The position numbers and the translations under genes were made by a program. Of a DNA stretch of 64,000 bases, positions 8,427-17,671 are shown piece by piece. The stretch is taken from the IMG/VR virus record IMGVR_UViG_3300026487_000004, positions 1 to 64,000 of that record; one strand, written 5' to 3'. The stretch comes from a virus. Each line of letters starts with the position of its first letter. The stretch's first letter is position 1. The notes beneath the pieces were generated by a model. The model was not told the origin of the DNA. It was given only the letters and a program-made list of their open reading frames with translations, and searched no databases.

Positions 8427-8978
8427 TTAAAACATACTCTCTAAAGGCTTTTTAACTTGATCTGTTAATTTACATCTGACTTTGATGTATAGATACCCAA
8501 ATAACAAAGCTATCGCTCCTAATACACCTATTACAACGTAAAAAGCAACATTAGATGTTTTAACGCTTTTCTCCTTAATACACTTAGTTATTGTCCTGTC
8601 CTTATACACAGTAGTATAGAAATTACTGTCTACACGCAATTTGGTGAGATATGAGCGACTTTCTTCCTTTTTGCTGTTATCTGTATCTCTTGAATTGATT
8701 AACTCCGTTATACGGCTCTTTAATGTGCCATTCTCTGAGTACAGTTCAGTTATCCTTTGCTCTTGCTTCTCATTTACTTTAGCAGCTTGCTCGCTAGCTT
8801 TACTCTCCTCCTTAGTTGAACTTTCTTTAGTCACCTCACCCTTATCAGTAGTCTTCTCTACGTTCTTATCACTATCCTTTTGGATGTTTACTTGGCTTCT
8901 ACGGCTTCCACATCCGCTCTGCATTATTCCCAATACCAACAGTATAAGAATAAATAATGTCCATGCTAGGTTCTTCAT
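8427..8978 (-). CDS. unimolecular-spanin-like protein (N-terminal lipoprotein-type signal plus C-terminal TM)
   Basis: MKNLAWTLFILILLVLGIMQSGC (Cys23), a long K/E/S-rich middle, and C-terminal TM VAFYVVIGVLGAIALLFGYLYI. Last gene of the lysis cassette. Confidence 0.45.
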   Translation of the reverse strand: MKNLAWTLFILILLVLGIMQSGCGSRRSQVNIQKDSDKNVEKTTDKGEVTKESSTKEESKASEQAAKVNEKQEQRITELYSENGTLKSRITELINSRDTDNSKKEESRSYLTKLRVDSNFYTTVYKDRTITKCIKEKSVKTSNVAFYVVIGVLGAIALLFGYLYIKVRCKLTDQVKKPLESMF

Positions 8979-9244
8979 TTACCCTCATCTTTAGGTTGAA
9001 CAATTACATCTCCGGTATTTGTTGTAGCAGTAGGCGTATTCTTATCGTTTACAGCCCTTCCGCTTGAGTAACCGAAGTAATATCCGGTAGCTGTACCAAA
9101 ACCTCCTACAACGGCTATAATCACCTGAGATACGGCATTATTATCTGTACTATACCTAAACAGTACAACCATAAATATTGTATAGGTCATTGCCACTACT
9201 ATTAGTGCTAGTATAGGCTTTATGTTATCTGAAATTGTCTTCAT
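8975..9244 (-). CDS. holin-like protein (2 TM, hydrophilic C-terminus)
   Basis: TM1 PILALIVVAMTYTIFMVVLF, TM2 VSQVIIAVVGGFGTATGYYFGY, charged tail. ATGA-coupled to the spanin-like gene, downstream of the endolysin. Confidence 0.45.
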   Translation of the reverse strand: MKTISDNIKPILALIVVAMTYTIFMVVLFRYSTDNNAVSQVIIAVVGGFGTATGYYFGYSSGRAVNDKNTPTATTNTGDVIVQPKDEGK

Positions 9245-9429
9245 ATCCTACCTCCTATCTCAATTGGAAATCCATCATCATTACTAGGCCATTGTTGTTC
9301 AATCCATACAGCGGCATCTAATAGCAATCCATAAAACTTATTTCTGCCATCTAAGGCTTGTGTATTCTCGTTAAAGTAACATGGTATCCCATAAAACTTT
9401 GCATAGTGTGTGTAATCCCGCTTATTCAT
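9241..9429 (-). CDS. hypothetical protein
   Basis: 62-aa ORF in the lysis cassette, ATGA coupling. Confidence 0.5.
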   Translation of the reverse strand: MNKRDYTHYAKFYGIPCYFNENTQALDGRNKFYGLLLDAAVWIEQQWPSNDDGFPIEIGGRI

Positions 9430-9554
9430 ATTTTATATTTTTTATTAAAGTCAAAAATAAAACCATTCGCATCAATCCACCTTCCCTCTTTTAGATTTGC
9501 AACTAGCAATATGTTGCCTTTATAATCTATATATAGTATTTCAGATAGATCCAT
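9426..9554 (-). CDS. small hypothetical protein (42 aa)
   Basis: Hand translation MDLSEILYIDYKGNILLVANLKEGRWIDANGFIFDFNKKYKI. Starts 1 nt after the endolysin stop; ATGA overlap downstream. Confidence 0.35.
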   Translation of the reverse strand: MDLSEILYIDYKGNILLVANLKEGRWIDANGFIFDFNKKYKI

Positions 9555-9555
9555 A

Positions 9556-10245
9556 TTATTTAACTAAATATTTATTACTAGTCCAACCACTTTGTTTACT
9601 TCCTTTAACTTGTATTTTACTCCAATCACCAATCCTATTTAGTTCATAAACCTCTACGCCTTTTTTAAGCGTTGTAACAACAGGATAATCTATTCCTTGA
9701 CCTCTACGAACATTTAAATCTGAACTTGTCTTATATAGCGTTGTTTTAACTCCTACAGCATCAAATAATCTCTTCCAATCAAATAGATTTACTTTGGCGC
9801 CTGACGGATCATTCTTTCTTAAAGGCGAGATATCCTCATGACCTACAATCTCCAATCCATACTTCTCTACAATAGGTTTAACTACTTCACCTAATTTATC
9901 CATCTGTACATCTGTGTATTCCTGACTTCCGGTGTTTTGAATCTCAATACCAATACCATAGCTGTTAAGACCTTCTAAACCTCTCCACGTACTGACACCA
10001 GCATGCCAACAGGTTGTATTTAATGGAGCGAGCTGAATAACCTTCCCTTCTCTTGACAACCATAATTCAGATGAGACCTTAGAGTTCTTATTTAGCAACC
10101 AATTAAGCCCTTGTAAGCCACTTGATGCATCAAAATGGATTACAATAACCTTGTATCCTTTTTTGTCCTTACCAACGTTAGGAGACGGCCTATACTCTAC
10201 CTGTTTACCATCGTCCTCAAATAAAAAATTGTTTTCTACTTTCAT
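9556..10245 (-). CDS. endolysin: N-acetylmuramoyl-L-alanine amidase (Amidase_2/AmpD-like) with C-terminal SH3b-like domain
   Basis: VIVIHFDAS ... WHAG ... IVGHEDISPLRKNDPSGAKVNLFDW (AmpD/PGRP-type motifs). C-terminus LNVRRGQGIDYPVVTTLKKGVEVYELNRIGDWSKI is SH3b-like. Start taken at ATG 10245 (alternative 10284); the longer track ORF runs through a terminator. Confidence 0.8.
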   Translation of the reverse strand: MKVENNFLFEDDGKQVEYRPSPNVGKDKKGYKVIVIHFDASSGLQGLNWLLNKNSKVSSELWLSREGKVIQLAPLNTTCWHAGVSTWRGLEGLNSYGIGIEIQNTGSQEYTDVQMDKLGEVVKPIVEKYGLEIVGHEDISPLRKNDPSGAKVNLFDWKRLFDAVGVKTTLYKTSSDLNVRRGQGIDYPVVTTLKKGVEVYELNRIGDWSKIQVKGSKQSGWTSNKYLVK

Positions 10246-10284
10246 ATCATTATTTTTTATTGTAAAGGTATGGCATTCAGACAT

Positions 10285-10316
10285 AAAACAAAAAAGCCTA
10301 ACAAATATGCTAGGCT
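10285..10316 (-). terminator. rho-independent terminator (-)
   Basis: Minus strand AGCCTAGCA-TATT-TGTTAGGCT (one G-U pair) followed by TTTTTTGTTTT. Confidence 0.6.
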
Positions 10317-10343
10317 CTATAAACAAAAAATGGAAAACTAGAT

Positions 10344-10694
10344 TTAATGTTTTAATTTCTTTTGATACCATATAATGCATCTGTATATTGAATACCACAA
10401 TGGAATGCTAACGATCAATGCCAACTCAGGACGGCTAAGAAACTTCATTTGACTAAGTGAACCACATAATGCCAATATCGTCACAATAAGGCATACATTT
10501 AACAATAAGCTCCAATAATATATGCCATATTCATTTATCCAATGGCGCCTAACCTCATTGCCCCTAAAGTATCCTTTAATAACAGACGAATATAGCCCGT
10601 ATCGCGCTGTAGCTAAAAATCTGGTTATTGAAAAAACCAAAGCCATCATAACTACAATAGTAATAATTAAAGCTACACCTTGCCATGTTATCAT
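10344..10694 (-). CDS. polytopic membrane protein (about 3 TM)
   Basis: 116 aa, hydrophobic segments VALIITIVVMMALVF, YYWSLLLNVCLIVTILALCG, LALIVSIPLWYSIY. Confidence 0.55.
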   Translation of the reverse strand: MITWQGVALIITIVVMMALVFSITRFLATARYGLYSSVIKGYFRGNEVRRHWINEYGIYYWSLLLNVCLIVTILALCGSLSQMKFLSRPELALIVSIPLWYSIYRCIIWYQKKLKH

Positions 10695-11125
10695 TTCGTA
10701 ATCTCCTTATCTTCTGATGCCATTATCTTGACAAAGAACTTTTTTAACCAATTCCTAAAACCTACTTTGAATACCACCTCTATTTCAGCAACTATAAACA
10801 CACTAAATAGAGAACATGTGAAAACATATATTTCAAATCCCTTTGAATAATTCAAAAAATCATGCCAAATATAGATAGCAACAAAACATAAAGCCATTGT
10901 TGTTATAGCCTGAATAATTACACTCTTATAACTCAAAGCATTCTTACCCCACTCCATAGCTATCCTTAAAAGAAAAGCCAATACAATAGCACAGGCTGCT
11001 CCTGCATGCGTCATAGCATCTTGTGTAGTTAAACCTAAAAAAGTAGCTTCCATCACAATAAAATTAATTAGGAGCTTTGGTAGTGGTATTAGCATCATTT
11101 CTAATATGTTAAGCGTAGATTTCAT
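10691..11125 (-). CDS. polytopic membrane protein (about 4 TM)
   Basis: 144 aa with four long hydrophobic segments. ATGA coupling to the next membrane gene. Confidence 0.55.
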   Translation of the reverse strand: MKSTLNILEMMLIPLPKLLINFIVMEATFLGLTTQDAMTHAGAACAIVLAFLLRIAMEWGKNALSYKSVIIQAITTMALCFVAIYIWHDFLNYSKGFEIYVFTCSLFSVFIVAEIEVVFKVGFRNWLKKFFVKIMASEDKEITK

Positions 11126-11133
11126 TCTATAGG

Positions 11134-11511
11134 CTAATATTTAAAATATCTGTCACTTGTTTTTTTATTACTCTTTTCAATTAGAAAATATCCTATCATA
11201 AATGCTCCGCACATCATCATTATATCTGAACTGTTATCAAATCCCCAAGGCTTAAACACAATAATAATACCCCTTAACGTGAAACTGAAAATACACGCCC
11301 ATAGATACTTTAAATTACAATCATCAACACATTTAGCAAATGTAAATAGCACACCTACACCTAAAAAACATAAGCTACCCCATTGAATAGAGTAGCTTAT
11401 TTTCCCATTGAAACCCCAATCCATGTAATTGTTGAAAAGAGCAAAGTAATAAAGCAACCAATGTACCAACAATGATGACCCTATACCATATTCTCTTAGA
11501 AACTTATACAT
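11134..11511 (-). CDS. polytopic membrane protein (about 4 TM)
   Basis: 125 aa, hydrophobic and aromatic-rich segments. Confidence 0.55.
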   Translation of the reverse strand: MYKFLREYGIGSSLLVHWLLYYFALFNNYMDWGFNGKISYSIQWGSLCFLGVGVLFTFAKCVDDCNLKYLWACIFSFTLRGIIIVFKPWGFDNSSDIMMMCGAFMIGYFLIEKSNKKTSDRYFKY

Positions 11512-11654
11512 TATTTAGCATCTGGCTGGGGAACCTCAATGTTAACCCATTTTCCATTGTCGCAAATCCAATCACCTGGGCCTGTAGGTTTCTCTACCCC
11601 ATTGCATTTGTCTCCTGATTGGATAGGAGGATTTTTTTGTGCTTCTTTTTTCAT
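11511..11654 (-). CDS. small hypothetical protein (47 aa, 2 Cys)
   Basis: Hand translation MKKEAQKNPPIQSGDKCNGVEKPTGPGDWICDNGKWVNIEVPQPDAK. TAATG overlap with the next gene. Confidence 0.35.
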   Translation of the reverse strand: MKKEAQKNPPIQSGDKCNGVEKPTGPGDWICDNGKWVNIEVPQPDAK

Positions 11655-11674
11655 AACGTCAAATATAAAATAAA

Positions 11675-11989
11675 TTAAGTTAACAAGCATGGAATGATAA
11701 AGCTATTCTGTACAGTATAGTCTCCATGATTAGTAATTACAACCGCTAATTCTACCGATATATTAAGTGTTAGTAAACTTATATCACAAGAACACGATAA
11801 ATCATTCTTACCGCCTGTAAACTGCTTAATAATGGTTCCTGATGAATTTCTAAAAGTCCATCTTTTAAACTCAATATTATCAACCGTAAACCCCTCAACA
11901 TTATTCCCGTAGTTTGATGTATCTGTGGATGTTAAAGTCTGGCATAAGCCCTGAATTGATATTGTCTGATTTGATGAAAAGTTTGCCAT
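11675..11989 (-). CDS. hypothetical protein (tail-fibre region)
   Basis: 104-aa S/T/N-rich ORF downstream of the fibre-like genes. Confidence 0.5.
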   Translation of the reverse strand: MANFSSNQTISIQGLCQTLTSTDTSNYGNNVEGFTVDNIEFKRWTFRNSSGTIIKQFTGGKNDLSCSCDISLLTLNISVELAVVITNHGDYTVQNSFIIPCLLT

Positions 11990-11994
11990 GATAT

Positions 11995-12516
11995 TTATTG
12001 TTTAATTACGATATAATCAAAAGTTATGTTGCTAGTTCCTATAACAGGGACAGATAAGAAATTAACGGTAAAACCTGTGGCACTCTTATTACTTACCCAG
12101 CTCAATGCAGCTGCATTAATCGATGTAGGCTGAATAAATATTGCTGATGGAGAATAAGGTAAAGCTGTAGAAAACGTAACAGGATAAGCCGTTTGAAGCG
12201 CTGTGCCGTTAAATATAACACTTCCTTTAATAACGTTGTCGTTAAGCTTTTTAATCCATCTACCAGTGGTTACGTTTGTTACTTTAATAACTAATATACC
12301 GTCATCAGCACTCACATTGGTATCATCCCATTGATAAGTTCCTCCGTTCTTATCATTCATGGCCGTTAGACCAGAAAGAGTCACAATAACATTAGCTGTA
12401 CCTGCTTGCGCTCTTAAATCAGCTATAGTGGCAAACTGCTTGCTGGCTACGGGACTTGTCTGTGCATTTACCGTTATGCTACATAACAGTAAAAAAGATA
12501 AAATTAAGTTTTTCAT
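11995..12516 (-). CDS. hypothetical protein with N-terminal signal-peptide-like sequence
   Basis: MKNLILSFLLLCSITVNAQ-TSP, a Bacteroidota-style SPase I site. The rest is beta-rich. Confidence 0.55.
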   Translation of the reverse strand: MKNLILSFLLLCSITVNAQTSPVASKQFATIADLRAQAGTANVIVTLSGLTAMNDKNGGTYQWDDTNVSADDGILVIKVTNVTTGRWIKKLNDNVIKGSVIFNGTALQTAYPVTFSTALPYSPSAIFIQPTSINAAALSWVSNKSATGFTVNFLSVPVIGTSNITFDYIVIKQ

Positions 12517-13802
12517 TATGGTTTAATTTCTATAGAATATAAAAGGTTATTAGTGCCTGATACAGGAGCAACAGTATAAAATATATTAATGTTTGTAGAA
12601 TCTACAGTAACGTATTGTATACCTGCACTAGCAGAGTTATTAGCCATAGCAGTAACATAAGATGATGTAGTCACCCCTGATAAACCATGAGGAATAGATA
12701 TGGTAGTAGATGAGCCGTTACCACTTGCTGTTCTAACAAGGTAGTTAGATAAATCAGATGTGTAAGCTATTGTACCGTCCTTATCCTGATAAGAAACAGA
12801 TCTATTCACCGTACTTACAGGGAAAATAAGCGATATAGTGGTTCCAGTAGCGCTTCTATATCCAAAACCAGTTGAACTAACCAAAGCAGCTTTCGAATCA
12901 GTTGTAGAACCTACAACAAGACCGTTGTTGTTTAAATATGTCCGAGCAGTTCCTGAGCTTCCATAAGTTTGTAAACTACCGTCAAAGGTATTAACACCGT
13001 TTAAATTAGCTTTAGCAGAAAGCCTTGTTTGTAATTGAGCTAAAGTATTAGAATTAGCTTTTGTAGCTATTGTTGTAGTATCTACCGCTATAGTATGAAC
13101 AGGTGTTGTTGTTGGGTTGCTAACGCTTGAAAAAATTCCAAAGCCATCTGTTTTAGAAAAATTTGATACTGTACCGTAGTCTGTACCAGCAATAGCCACA
13201 CTAACATTTGCTCCAGTACCATTTCCTTTTAATAAACCTGTTTTAGCTAACCTCAAATCATTTAAAAAAGCATTGCTGAAATACAAAGAGCCATTTCCTA
13301 AAGCTATACCCCCTGTTATTGCTGGGGCAAAATAAGTAGGAAATATCACAGCATAATCATCAGCCCCGCCTCCAAAAAGAATTGATTTAGAGTTGTCATT
13401 ACCGCGTATATCTATCATTCCTTTAGTTCCGTTCCAACCCATCTTAGCTCTGCTATTTGAAAACTCTGCATAGCTAGAAGTGGAAAAACCGACTGTCTCA
13501 GCAACTTTAACTCCAATACCTGCTTTTAGGTAATTACCAGAAGATATATCGCCTGTAATACTGATATTAGCTGTTTGAGGTGTAGTGGTGTTAAAAATAA
13601 ACGATGATCTATCTATTTTAAAAACACCTCCATTTGGTTTTTTTGTCAATAAAGAATCCGAGGTAGATCCAGTTTGAACTGAGGTCATTAATAACTTTCT
13701 GACTTTTACCGAGTCAAATTGAGTAGTTAGATTATAAAATCTATTTTGCGCATTAGCTCCTAATCCTGTTAACAACAAAATAATTAAAATGTGTTTTTTC
13801 AT
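12516..13802 (-). CDS. tail-fibre-like protein with N-terminal signal-peptide-like sequence
   Basis: MKKHILIILLLTGLGANAQ-NRF. G/S/T/N-rich repeats with LLKGNGTGANVSVAIAGTDYG, a fibre-type motif. Confidence 0.5.
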   Translation of the reverse strand: MKKHILIILLLTGLGANAQNRFYNLTTQFDSVKVRKLLMTSVQTGSTSDSLLTKKPNGGVFKIDRSSFIFNTTTPQTANISITGDISSGNYLKAGIGVKVAETVGFSTSSYAEFSNSRAKMGWNGTKGMIDIRGNDNSKSILFGGGADDYAVIFPTYFAPAITGGIALGNGSLYFSNAFLNDLRLAKTGLLKGNGTGANVSVAIAGTDYGTVSNFSKTDGFGIFSSVSNPTTTPVHTIAVDTTTIATKANSNTLAQLQTRLSAKANLNGVNTFDGSLQTYGSSGTARTYLNNNGLVVGSTTDSKAALVSSTGFGYRSATGTTISLIFPVSTVNRSVSYQDKDGTIAYTSDLSNYLVRTASGNGSSTTISIPHGLSGVTTSSYVTAMANNSASAGIQYVTVDSTNINIFYTVAPVSGTNNLLYSIEIKP

Positions 13803-13814
13803 AATTTATTCTTT

Positions 13815-16805
13815 TTACGATAAAATGTTAGTCGGTGTAAAATCCCATATTGTGTCTGTAATTCTGGTATAAGTCATTCCTTGATTATAGTATTTAATAA
13901 CAGTATCAATAGGGTATTGAGAAACTGGATAATTTGTGTTTAAAAATGAGGCTGTAACAACATCTGTTGTATTAGGCGTTTTTATTATTGGAGGAACTGC
14001 ATCTGAAACAATAGTTACATCAGACGTAACGCCTGAAACCGGTTTAACTGCATCTTGTATAGATGTTATTAAGTTTCCCCTATTTGTACCTTGTGGAGAT
14101 AATACATTAATATTGTAGGTTAAAAAGTTAGCTATAAAAGGAAGATATGCACATACAAAACCGTTATATATAAACATATCCATTCTCAAAGGATAACCAT
14201 TAGATATTCCGCCTGTATTATCTATTGTGCCAGAATTATTTCTCGCTTGAAAAAGGCTATCCATTGTTTTTCTACCAGATACACTATTTGTATTCCCTGT
14301 TACTTTAACAGTCAGAAACTGTAAGGATGATCCCAATATACTTGTAGTTATTAATACTCCGTTTGTAGGATTGTATATTGTTGATTGGCGCGTATCAATC
14401 CCTTCCCAAGATGCTCCGTTAAACGTTTCGTTCCTTTGAGAATCGATATTGTAAATTGTTAACCCAATAGCAGGAGATGCAATTAAATCTCTTTGAGAAA
14501 TTGTCATCCTTGGAGGTAAAAACCCCTTATTGGTTGAGTTTAAAGAAAATATCGCAGACGGAGTATTCGTAATGCTACCTATTACTACATTTAAGGTCGA
14601 TCTGAAAAATTTAGCTACTGTACCTGCAAAAGAGCCATCGTCATTTCTAGCTATAACTTCTAAGTCACTACCTATATTTCCTGTACTTTCTGGTGTATTG
14701 TTAGTCCTCAAAATCCATCTTAATGAACCAGATGTTTGAAAACCAAAATCTCTATTTGTCCCTGAAGCACCGTTTATATATAAAGATGATTTTGGAGCTC
14801 CGTTATCAGTTCTGCTGATCTCATACCACTTATCTACCCTCTTCTGTAAGGTAATAGCATTATTGCTTGGTATCTGGTATGTAACAGCTGTTGCAAGTTG
14901 TATATTATCATTGTTCTCTATTGATAATTGAGAAGAACTCTGGTTAGAAATAATTACGCTATCACCTATAATTGCCCCTAAAATATCCTTTATAACTGAT
15001 ATGGTTGAGCCTGTAGTTATTACCAGATTTTTAGAAATATTTACAAAAACCTTTCCGTCTGATGATATGGATGGTACAGTTGCCGGTCTATTCTCTAAAT
15101 AACCTGATTTGAAAGTACAACTGTTATTATAGTGCTTTAACTGTTCGTTATTACTTATACCGGAAGTTTCACTAAAAGGGAAAAAGCAATCATACCTCTC
15201 ATCAGTATTATTTGTAGCGCTACATCTTCGTGTATTTATATCAGCCTCAACATGATATCCAGTCACAGAATTTAAAGCAGGAACTACGCTAGGATTATTA
15301 AAACCATTCAATCCATTTCCGTAATAATGTAATGCACTACCAGTAGATACCCCCCTGTTATTATCAACACTAACTCCTGTAGTAAGAGCGTCTAATTTTA
15401 TATTTGTTCGTGTTACTCCGTCAAATAGATTGTCAGATATAACACCTGTACTGTAGTCAGCCTGAGTGTATCCACCACCAGTTACCCTTATACCATATCC
15501 TAAGTTTACATCCCTCTGTCCGCTCCATGCAAACCTGTTGTCTGATATTGTAAAGTTTCTATTCAATTCTAACAATATACCTTCAAGTCCAGCTTCAAAC
15601 ATTTGATTGTTGACTACAGAAATCCAATTTCCTGCAACAATCCTCACATTTTGATTCTTAATCTGAGACAATAGATGATATGATGTCATGAAGAAAATAT
15701 TATTAGCTATTACTGCTCCGTCCACACCAAATCCTAAAAAATTACATATTCTAGCTTGATGGTCGGCATTACCACTAACTTCTATATCTCCTGTACTCAT
15801 TAATATGTTAGTATAAGGAGCTGTATTTATAGTATTGTCGCAATAAACTAGATAATTACTATTTCCATGACAATTTTTCACATAACCTCTTGCGAAGTGT
15901 TGAAATTTGTTTATGGGTCTTACATAAAAAAGCGAATTACTTCCATTGCAATATATTTCACTTATGTATATACCCCTAACATTAGCAACTTCGAAACAAT
16001 TACGAACCCATCCAGTATGTTCAAATCTAATACCAATTGCTGAGAAATTAGCATCATATACGGATGCTAGTGGATCTATATCCCCTATAATAACAGTTCC
16101 CTTAAATATAGATCCATTCCCTTGAAACTTAATATTTCGCTTACCAACTAGATTTACTGAGTCAAAAACAACATTTAAATCCCCAAAATCAATTGTAGTA
16201 TTGCTTGGTATTATTTGTAGCATGTTTTGAAAAGAAGCAGTATCATCAGTAATACCATCTCCTTTTATTCCAAATCTCCAAGCCTCTACAACATTTCTTC
16301 TTGGACTCTTAAATCTTTTACCATCTGAGGTAACAATAGTAGTGTATCCGTCATCTGGAGTAGATGTATCCGTTGGGTCTAAAATCCATACACTTTCTTT
16401 ATTTTTGTCAGTTGTATATATAACAGGGGATTTTAATACACCATTTAAAGATCTTAATCCATCTATTGTGTTATTTAGAGAAATAGTATCTATAGAAGGT
16501 ACACCACCAACAGCATTCTTTTGCGCTAATGGTATTTTAGTTTCAGCAGCATTATTAGCTTGAATAGCATCATCAATAACCCAATCTGTACCATTCCATC
16601 TGTGAGATACATCTACAGGTGTGCCATCTACATCAATGGTTATAGGAACTACCATATTAGGGTATCTTCTATTAGCCGTTTTGGTATTAGCCTCCTCTTT
16701 GTTAAGATAAGCTCTGAATACTCCGCTTTGGAAAACTCCTTCCCTGTCATCAAGTGCTTTAGGCGCTCTTAAATTTTGATTATCGTTTATAGGTGATAAA
16801 GACAT
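13815..16805 (-). CDS. tailspike/tail fibre with right-handed beta-helix (pectate-lyase-like) depolymerase domain
   Basis: 996 aa. WRFGIKGDGITDDTASFQNML matches the pectate_lyase_3 N-cap motif (GAKGDG.TDDT.A.Q.A), followed by many N/G/I-rich coil-like repeats. Confidence 0.6.
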   Translation of the reverse strand: MSLSPINDNQNLRAPKALDDREGVFQSGVFRAYLNKEEANTKTANRRYPNMVVPITIDVDGTPVDVSHRWNGTDWVIDDAIQANNAAETKIPLAQKNAVGGVPSIDTISLNNTIDGLRSLNGVLKSPVIYTTDKNKESVWILDPTDTSTPDDGYTTIVTSDGKRFKSPRRNVVEAWRFGIKGDGITDDTASFQNMLQIIPSNTTIDFGDLNVVFDSVNLVGKRNIKFQGNGSIFKGTVIIGDIDPLASVYDANFSAIGIRFEHTGWVRNCFEVANVRGIYISEIYCNGSNSLFYVRPINKFQHFARGYVKNCHGNSNYLVYCDNTINTAPYTNILMSTGDIEVSGNADHQARICNFLGFGVDGAVIANNIFFMTSYHLLSQIKNQNVRIVAGNWISVVNNQMFEAGLEGILLELNRNFTISDNRFAWSGQRDVNLGYGIRVTGGGYTQADYSTGVISDNLFDGVTRTNIKLDALTTGVSVDNNRGVSTGSALHYYGNGLNGFNNPSVVPALNSVTGYHVEADINTRRCSATNNTDERYDCFFPFSETSGISNNEQLKHYNNSCTFKSGYLENRPATVPSISSDGKVFVNISKNLVITTGSTISVIKDILGAIIGDSVIISNQSSSQLSIENNDNIQLATAVTYQIPSNNAITLQKRVDKWYEISRTDNGAPKSSLYINGASGTNRDFGFQTSGSLRWILRTNNTPESTGNIGSDLEVIARNDDGSFAGTVAKFFRSTLNVVIGSITNTPSAIFSLNSTNKGFLPPRMTISQRDLIASPAIGLTIYNIDSQRNETFNGASWEGIDTRQSTIYNPTNGVLITTSILGSSLQFLTVKVTGNTNSVSGRKTMDSLFQARNNSGTIDNTGGISNGYPLRMDMFIYNGFVCAYLPFIANFLTYNINVLSPQGTNRGNLITSIQDAVKPVSGVTSDVTIVSDAVPPIIKTPNTTDVVTASFLNTNYPVSQYPIDTVIKYYNQGMTYTRITDTIWDFTPTNILS

Positions 16806-16807
16806 AG

Positions 16808-17671
16808 TTATATAGTGCTAAATTCCAATCCTGCATTTGGATTAGAAGGGTAAGAATAAGATGTGTCATAATTAGTAATATAGAAATCGAATATTCCAGA
16901 AGCCACAGGAGCATCATAAAAGTCATTTTCAGTTCCTATAGGGCCATTATTGTCTAATCTAACTGTATCCTGAAACCAGTTCTTAATAGGCTGTCCTGTT
17001 GGTATAGCAAACCATAGAAATTTATAATCAGGTATATTGTATGGTATTTTAACTGACGCCATATTGTAGAAAGTAGTAAAACTGCCTGATGTTATTTGAC
17101 TTTCATTTAATATAGTCTTATCATCTAATCCTCCAAAATAAGCAAATAACTCTGTAGACTGAACACCAGTTAATTTAACCGTATCTGATGCTGTTAAATT
17201 GTTTGAATCTGTTACAGTTACCTTAAATATCATTTCTCCTACAGAGAAGCTATTAACACTTAATGTAGTTGTATTCTGTCCGCTTATAACAGCAGTAGTA
17301 CCACTTATCTGTTCCCATAAAATACTTACAAGTGTACCCGACCCCAAAGTGACAGTAGCAGTAAATACCACAGGGGCATCAGAAGTATTAACTGTTCTAT
17401 CGGCACCTGCATTAACAGAAGGTGGTATCTTATTAGAATAATCTCCTATAATTTTCAGCATAATGTCTATATTTTTTTCGTCTATGTCATTATAAACCAC
17501 ACCAGATAAATTCTTTCTCCAATTCAAAGAGTTCATGGTATTTTTAAGGCATTCCATAGCATTTGGTACATCATTACACCCTTTGCCAAGAGCATCCTTG
17601 TACTCTTGCACTAGATTTGACAAATATGAATTGCCATTATCTATTTTATCTAAAATCTCTTGTGGAAACAT
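16808..17671 (-). CDS. tail-associated protein with PKD/Ig-like domain
   Basis: PPSVNAGADRTVNTSDAPVVFTATV...FKVTVTDSNNLTASDTVKLTG is a PKD-type pattern. Confidence 0.45.
   Translation of the reverse strand: MFPQEILDKIDNGNSYLSNLVQEYKDALGKGCNDVPNAMECLKNTMNSLNWRKNLSGVVYNDIDEKNIDIMLKIIGDYSNKIPPSVNAGADRTVNTSDAPVVFTATVTLGSGTLVSILWEQISGTTAVISGQNTTTLSVNSFSVGEMIFKVTVTDSNNLTASDTVKLTGVQSTELFAYFGGLDDKTILNESQITSGSFTTFYNMASVKIPYNIPDYKFLWFAIPTGQPIKNWFQDTVRLDNNGPIGTENDFYDAPVASGIFDFYITNYDTSYSYPSNPNAGLEFSTI

Noticed and set aside
8641-8994. 117-aa plus-strand ORF inside the spanin-like gene.
   Set aside because: It is antisense to a gene with clear signal, TM features and start coupling. Its S/L/F-rich composition is typical of reverse frames of K/E-rich genes.
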